Below are positions 48,572 to 52,390 of a stretch of DNA of 52,390 bases, piece after piece. How positions within the stretch are numbered: the stretch's first letter is position 1; every line of letters starts with the position of its first letter. The position numbers were made by a program, and so were the translations under genes. The stretch is from Candidatus Poseidoniaceae archaeon. GTDB taxonomy: Archaea; Thermoplasmatota; Poseidoniia; Poseidoniales; Poseidoniaceae. The DNA is taken from NCBI GenBank assembly GCA_049623485.1, contig JBMZTB010000004.1:1-52390 (forward strand). Direction: 5' to 3'. Under the pieces are notes generated by a model. That model had not been told where the DNA came from, did no database searches, and saw only the letters and a program-made list of their open reading frames with translations.

Positions 48572-49392
48572 TCTTCGTCTTCTTGACGACTGTTCACAAA
48601 GACAGCCATTGCAATTGCTGCTGATGCAACAACAAGTGTGAATCCAGGAGCATCTTCTGAGTCACTGGCTCCATCAATGTCTCCGCCTTCTTGGAATTCC
48701 TCTGAGAAGGAAGCATCATCAATGGGGAGTTCGATTTTACTTACCTCACCCATCGTCATTTCGAATTTCGCTGGCTCTCCTTCGGTACCGATTCCTAAGA
48801 AACCAGCTTGCTCATTCCCTCGTAGTTTCATCTGAACCCGAATTTCAGGATTAAATTGGTCCCCATCCCAGTCAATTTGCGTAGTTTCATCTATTGCGAA
48901 ATTGAATACAACAGTGTTAGCACCTTGTACAAGGCCAGTTTCATGATGCGTATCAATTAAGTTAGGGCCAGCAGATAAAGAAATGTTCAATTCATCACAA
49001 TCGTTTTGTCCGCAAGCAGTATTGCCCTCGTTATCATTGGTCCAATCCCCTTCCACAAATATGTCAAATGAACCTCTAAAAAGACCGTCTGGATCCATGT
49101 AAATTCGCTTTGCAAGAGTAGGTTCCATTCTAAATTTCAAGTCAATGTCGATTACCCCATTAGCTTCCTCTTCAGTGTAAGTTTCCATTGTTTCATTTTC
49201 AATTTTATCAAAATGAGTCCATGCTTTCGTGTTCGTACTGTTCCAGTACATGTACAGCGTTTTGTTCTCTTCAGTCGGTTGTCTTGGGTCATCAGCAGGG
49301 TCTGCTTGCTGAACAGCAACGTTTCCACCAGCTTGTACTGGTACTAACATCATCAAAGCCATGAAGACGGCTAGACATACACTCTTGCGCAT
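48568..49392 (-). CDS. Secreted surface protein with PGF-CTERM-like archaeosortase signal
   Basis: Signal peptide, and a C-terminal DAPGF followed by a hydrophobic helix and charged tail. Confidence 0.8.
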   Translation of the reverse strand: MRKSVCLAVFMALMMLVPVQAGGNVAVQQADPADDPRQPTEENKTLYMYWNSTNTKAWTHFDKIENETMETYTEEEANGVIDIDLKFRMEPTLAKRIYMDPDGLFRGSFDIFVEGDWTNDNEGNTACGQNDCDELNISLSAGPNLIDTHHETGLVQGANTVVFNFAIDETTQIDWDGDQFNPEIRVQMKLRGNEQAGFLGIGTEGEPAKFEMTMGEVSKIELPIDDASFSEEFQEGGDIDGASDSEDAPGFTLVVASAAIAMAVFVNSRQEDED

Positions 49393-49451
49393 GCTCCTGC
49401 GTGTATGAACAAAGATATGAGTTTATTGAGTAGGTGTGTTAATTACACTAC

Positions 49452-50648
49452 TCAGTCAAATCGATGAATATCGATGTTTCCTTGGCCACTGGACTGATTC
49501 ATCTGTTGTTGCTGTCGAGTGAGTTTCAAAGCGTTTCCAAGTTTGTCTGGTTCTAGTCTTGGCGTACGCATATCTGCGCCTCCAACACCAGTAATAATGG
49601 CCATGACCTTGATGGTATCGCCAAAGGATGGATCTTGTCGAGCGCCCCAGATAACATTTGCATCTTCGCTAACTCTTGCAGTCATCAAATCAACAACTTG
49701 TGAAGCGGATTCAAGCGTCATGTATTGTCCGCCAGTGACGTGAATCAGAACACCTGTAGCGCCATCCACATCGACATCGAGTAATGGGTGATTGAGAGCT
49801 TCATGAACAACTTCTTCTGGTCCGCGGTCTGATTCTCCATAGAGCATCATCGTAACACCACCATTTGCCATAATGGCTCGGATGTCTGCGAAATCCAGGT
49901 TGATCAATGATGGCAATGTAATGGTCTCAACGATTCCTTTGACAATTTCTGCAACCAATTGATCCATGATTGAGAATGCTTCTTCCAAAGGAAGGTTTGG
50001 AACGTAATGTAACAATCTATTATTGTCGAGAACAAGAACAGCATCAGCAACTCTTCGTAGAGATTCAAGACCTTCGAGGGCTCTTTTCATCCGTTGTCGA
50101 CGCTCGACATGGAATGGAGTTGTTACAATCCCAACAACAAGAGCACCTGCAGATTTGGCTTCTTCAGCAACGATTGGGCAAATGCCAGTCCCTGACCCAC
50201 CGCCGAGTCCACTTGCAATGAACACAAGGTCGGCACCGTTGACGATACGTCGGATCATTTCACGTCCTGCTTCTGCACAGCGACGACCCATGGATGGATC
50301 TCCGCCTGCTCCAAGTCCACGAGTGATGTGGCGACCAACGAGAAGTTTCTGGAGTGAACGCGTATTATCGAGATGTTGTTTGTCTGTATTGATTGCAACA
50401 GTTACAGCACCTTCAACTCCAAGATGTGTGATTCTGTTGAGAGTGTTATTTCCAGATCCTCCACAGCCGACGATAAGGATTCGAGGATTTGGTACTCCAA
50501 GGGTTCCAACCTCTTCATCCATGAGTGCAGTAGCACCACGATTGATGGCTTCTTCACGAAGACCAGCAACCATGTCTGCGAGTGCTTTGTCCTGCATATT
50601 ATTTGCCGCCTTTGTGCTCGTTGAGCTGGAAGAACTACTGGGTCCCAT
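49452..50648 (-). CDS. ftsZ: Cell division protein FtsZ (FtsZ2-like); start uncertain (50648 or 50597)
   Basis: VGCGGSGNN, NTDKQHL, GAGGDP, GLGGGSGTG, ETITLPSLINLDFAD and HPLLDVD motifs. Confidence 0.96.
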   Translation of the reverse strand: MGPSSSSSSTSTKAANNMQDKALADMVAGLREEAINRGATALMDEEVGTLGVPNPRILIVGCGGSGNNTLNRITHLGVEGAVTVAINTDKQHLDNTRSLQKLLVGRHITRGLGAGGDPSMGRRCAEAGREMIRRIVNGADLVFIASGLGGGSGTGICPIVAEEAKSAGALVVGIVTTPFHVERRQRMKRALEGLESLRRVADAVLVLDNNRLLHYVPNLPLEEAFSIMDQLVAEIVKGIVETITLPSLINLDFADIRAIMANGGVTMMLYGESDRGPEEVVHEALNHPLLDVDVDGATGVLIHVTGGQYMTLESASQVVDLMTARVSEDANVIWGARQDPSFGDTIKVMAIITGVGGADMRTPRLEPDKLGNALKLTRQQQQMNQSSGQGNIDIHRFD

Positions 50649-50839
50649 CCCTACACTTCCTGATTTTCCGAGCCCTCTCTTCTGACTATTAACATCCACC
50701 CTTGGAGCAGAGGTAAAATGGTCGATTTCTGAGGTCGCATACAACCACCAAAGCAACCTCTTCCTTTGTCAATCTGTGGTTTTCCTCTCGGCTGTTTTGG
50801 ACGATGAGAATAAATAGAACGAGGAGGTCGCACAGACTA

Positions 50840-50942
50840 CCTCACTTAGCTCAGTTGGTAGAGCACCTGACTGTAGTTGTGTAAACAAACCGTCTCAGCA
50901 GACATCAGGGTGTCCCCGGTTCAAGTCCGGGAGTGGGGACCA
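50840..50942 (+). tRNA. tRNA-Tyr (GTA) with a 27-nt intron at 37/38 (50877-50903), CCA encoded
   Basis: CCTCACT/AGTGGGG acceptor, CCTGA/TCAGG anticodon stem and GTA anticodon. BHB motif: CTGT/GCAG central helix with AGT and ACA bulges. GGTTCAAGTCC T-arm. Confidence 0.96.
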
Positions 50943-50944
50943 AA

Positions 50945-52261
50945 TTAGAGATAATCACATTTGTCTGAATAGAAAATTAAAATTTCTTTAATTGGTTGAG
51001 AAGATGTGAACTCTGTTTTTATCTCGTCAAGATTTGCTAATCCATGAACAATAGTTGCAAGAACGGATGTTTTTGATAGTTTCATCAGTTTCGAGGTAAG
51101 GTTATCTGTAGCATCTTCTCCAGACCATTTCAGTTTGGGAATAGGAGGATTCTCCCATTTCGGTTGTAGATTGACTGAATTCTTCCAAAGGAATGGATTG
51201 ATTTCCAGACATTTAGTCAAGAGTTTTCTTCTCAAGACGAGACTTGCATTTTTTGATTCAAGCCAATCAAGATGGTCAGTGATATCTCCATGTACGAGCG
51301 TAACGTCTACGTCACCGATTTTGAGATGTCTTTCTTTCCTTTTTGTTGGTCTTAATTGATCTGGATGTTCGATAAGCCATTCAATCCACTGAGCAAACAT
51401 CTCATCTTTCCATGGCGTACCTTGAGGAACTGGATGTTCAAATCTTCCACTTCCAAATTCCTTGTGCCTATTCCATGAATTGTAGTATTGATTTACAGAC
51501 ATGTGGAATGGCCACCTCTTTGGAGGCTTCTCGATAATGTTCTGCAATTCTTCAACTGACATTCTTCTATGCTTCATCAGACTTGCAAGAAAATCAAAAC
51601 ATTCGGGAAATTGCTTCTTTTGCGATACTCTGAAGAGATCTGTAAAGATATCTTGATTTCCAGAATGATACAAATCAACTCCGTCTGGAATGATGAACCA
51701 CTCGGCCTTACCTAAAGGCTCCCACATTACATTATCATCAACTTGGAATTCTTCTTTTGGAAGCGGCCAATGGCCATCAAAATTCTTTCTGTCTGAAATG
51801 ATGAGTCCCCCATCTCTAACCTTCGAGGAAAGAGATGATGCAGCTCTGAGAAGAGGATGTTTTGGTTCTACATTATATCCTGTAAAGAGTTCTGGAAAAT
51901 CAATATACAGGATATCAATAAACGGTAACTCTTCCATTCCAATTTTAGCATCGATTTGCCTGTGAACCAAGAGGTTCTGGAATGACAAATCTGGATTCCT
52001 GTAGGCTTGTCCGATTCCGATTGGATTGTCGACTCTCGCAAAATATTCCATTCCATCTTTCGAAAGCTGCCCCCAGCCTCCATCGGGATAATCAGGCCCT
52101 AAATCGTCGCAAATCAGAACAAACGGCTGGCCGTTATCTACCATGACGTTCCATGAAGCCAGATAATTTTGATGCGGCCCTGGGTGATAGGCGATAAGTG
52201 GCCTATCTTCGACAATTGGAAATGGAATCGAAGTGAACATTTTGTTTCCTTTCCATAGCAT
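50945..52261 (-). CDS. Hypothetical protein (possible Rossmann/MTase-like N-terminus and macro-like C-terminus)
   Basis: Long ORF ending 2 nt past the tRNA-Tyr CCA, with SD GAGGTG. IDILYID...VRDGGLIISD and VTLVHGDIT patterns. Confidence 0.75.
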   Translation of the reverse strand: MLWKGNKMFTSIPFPIVEDRPLIAYHPGPHQNYLASWNVMVDNGQPFVLICDDLGPDYPDGGWGQLSKDGMEYFARVDNPIGIGQAYRNPDLSFQNLLVHRQIDAKIGMEELPFIDILYIDFPELFTGYNVEPKHPLLRAASSLSSKVRDGGLIISDRKNFDGHWPLPKEEFQVDDNVMWEPLGKAEWFIIPDGVDLYHSGNQDIFTDLFRVSQKKQFPECFDFLASLMKHRRMSVEELQNIIEKPPKRWPFHMSVNQYYNSWNRHKEFGSGRFEHPVPQGTPWKDEMFAQWIEWLIEHPDQLRPTKRKERHLKIGDVDVTLVHGDITDHLDWLESKNASLVLRRKLLTKCLEINPFLWKNSVNLQPKWENPPIPKLKWSGEDATDNLTSKLMKLSKTSVLATIVHGLANLDEIKTEFTSSQPIKEILIFYSDKCDYL

Positions 52262-52389
52262 CACAAACACCTCGGATGACCAACTGGGACAACTCTGAAG
52301 ATTCTCTTTGCTTGTCTCTCAAGTCTTGAATAATCGCTCGCATCGCATACGCCGCCATTATCGGCTGATTTTGCAGTATCATAGAATGT
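52261..52389 (-). CDS. Probable 3' end of an upstream gene entering from the window edge (...RIFRVVPVGHPRCL)
   Basis: Open frame whose TGA overlaps the next ATG (TGATG). A second frame is also open, so the call is ambiguous. Confidence 0.35.
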   Translation of the reverse strand, partial: TFYDTAKSADNGGVCDASDYSRLERQAKRIFRVVPVGHPRCL

Positions 52390-52390
52390 T

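Noticed and set aside
50023-50685. 220-aa plus-strand ORF
   Set aside because: Antisense shadow of ftsZ with no recognisable features.
50651-50833. CdrS-like ribbon-helix-helix gene upstream of FtsZ2-like ftsZ
   Set aside because: The short ORFs here show no RHH pattern. The region is more likely the divergent ftsZ/tRNA promoter region.
50877-50903. tRNA-Tyr intron as a novelty
   Set aside because: Canonical 37/38 position with a standard bulge-helix-bulge motif, common in archaea.

Overview
Archaeal chromosomal segment, most consistent with Marine Group II Euryarchaeota (Ca. Poseidoniales; inferred from gene content, GAGGTGA-type SD sites, a PGF-CTERM protein and TSP3-repeat surface proteins). 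It carries the conserved pus10-rpl21e-rpo4-DUF655-rsmA cluster, tRNA-Leu(TAG), copA, RNase R, a DnaJ-type co-chaperone, secE-spt5, the rpl11-rpl1-rplP0-rpl12 cluster, PMM, RidA, uppS, MscS, M14/M28 peptidases, an NSS symporter, hisS, ftsZ and an intron-containing tRNA-Tyr(GTA). A ~12.6 kb accessory block (MBL hydrolase, MFS fusion, katG, peroxiredoxin, rhodanese, ABC exporter, TSP3-repeat protein) separates spt5 from rpl11. The most unusual signals are altered core information-processing proteins: Spt5 fused to a degenerate NUDIX domain, uL11 lacking its N-terminal domain, and Pus10 with an inserted SAP-like module. Also notable are an HhH/Zn-ribbon protein-ferredoxin-microprotein operon with an apparent ATC start, a Cys-tailed microprotein divergent from katG, and two structured intergenic elements. 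No CRISPR array, integrase or transposase was seen. All family calls come from motif recognition by eye, not from database searches.
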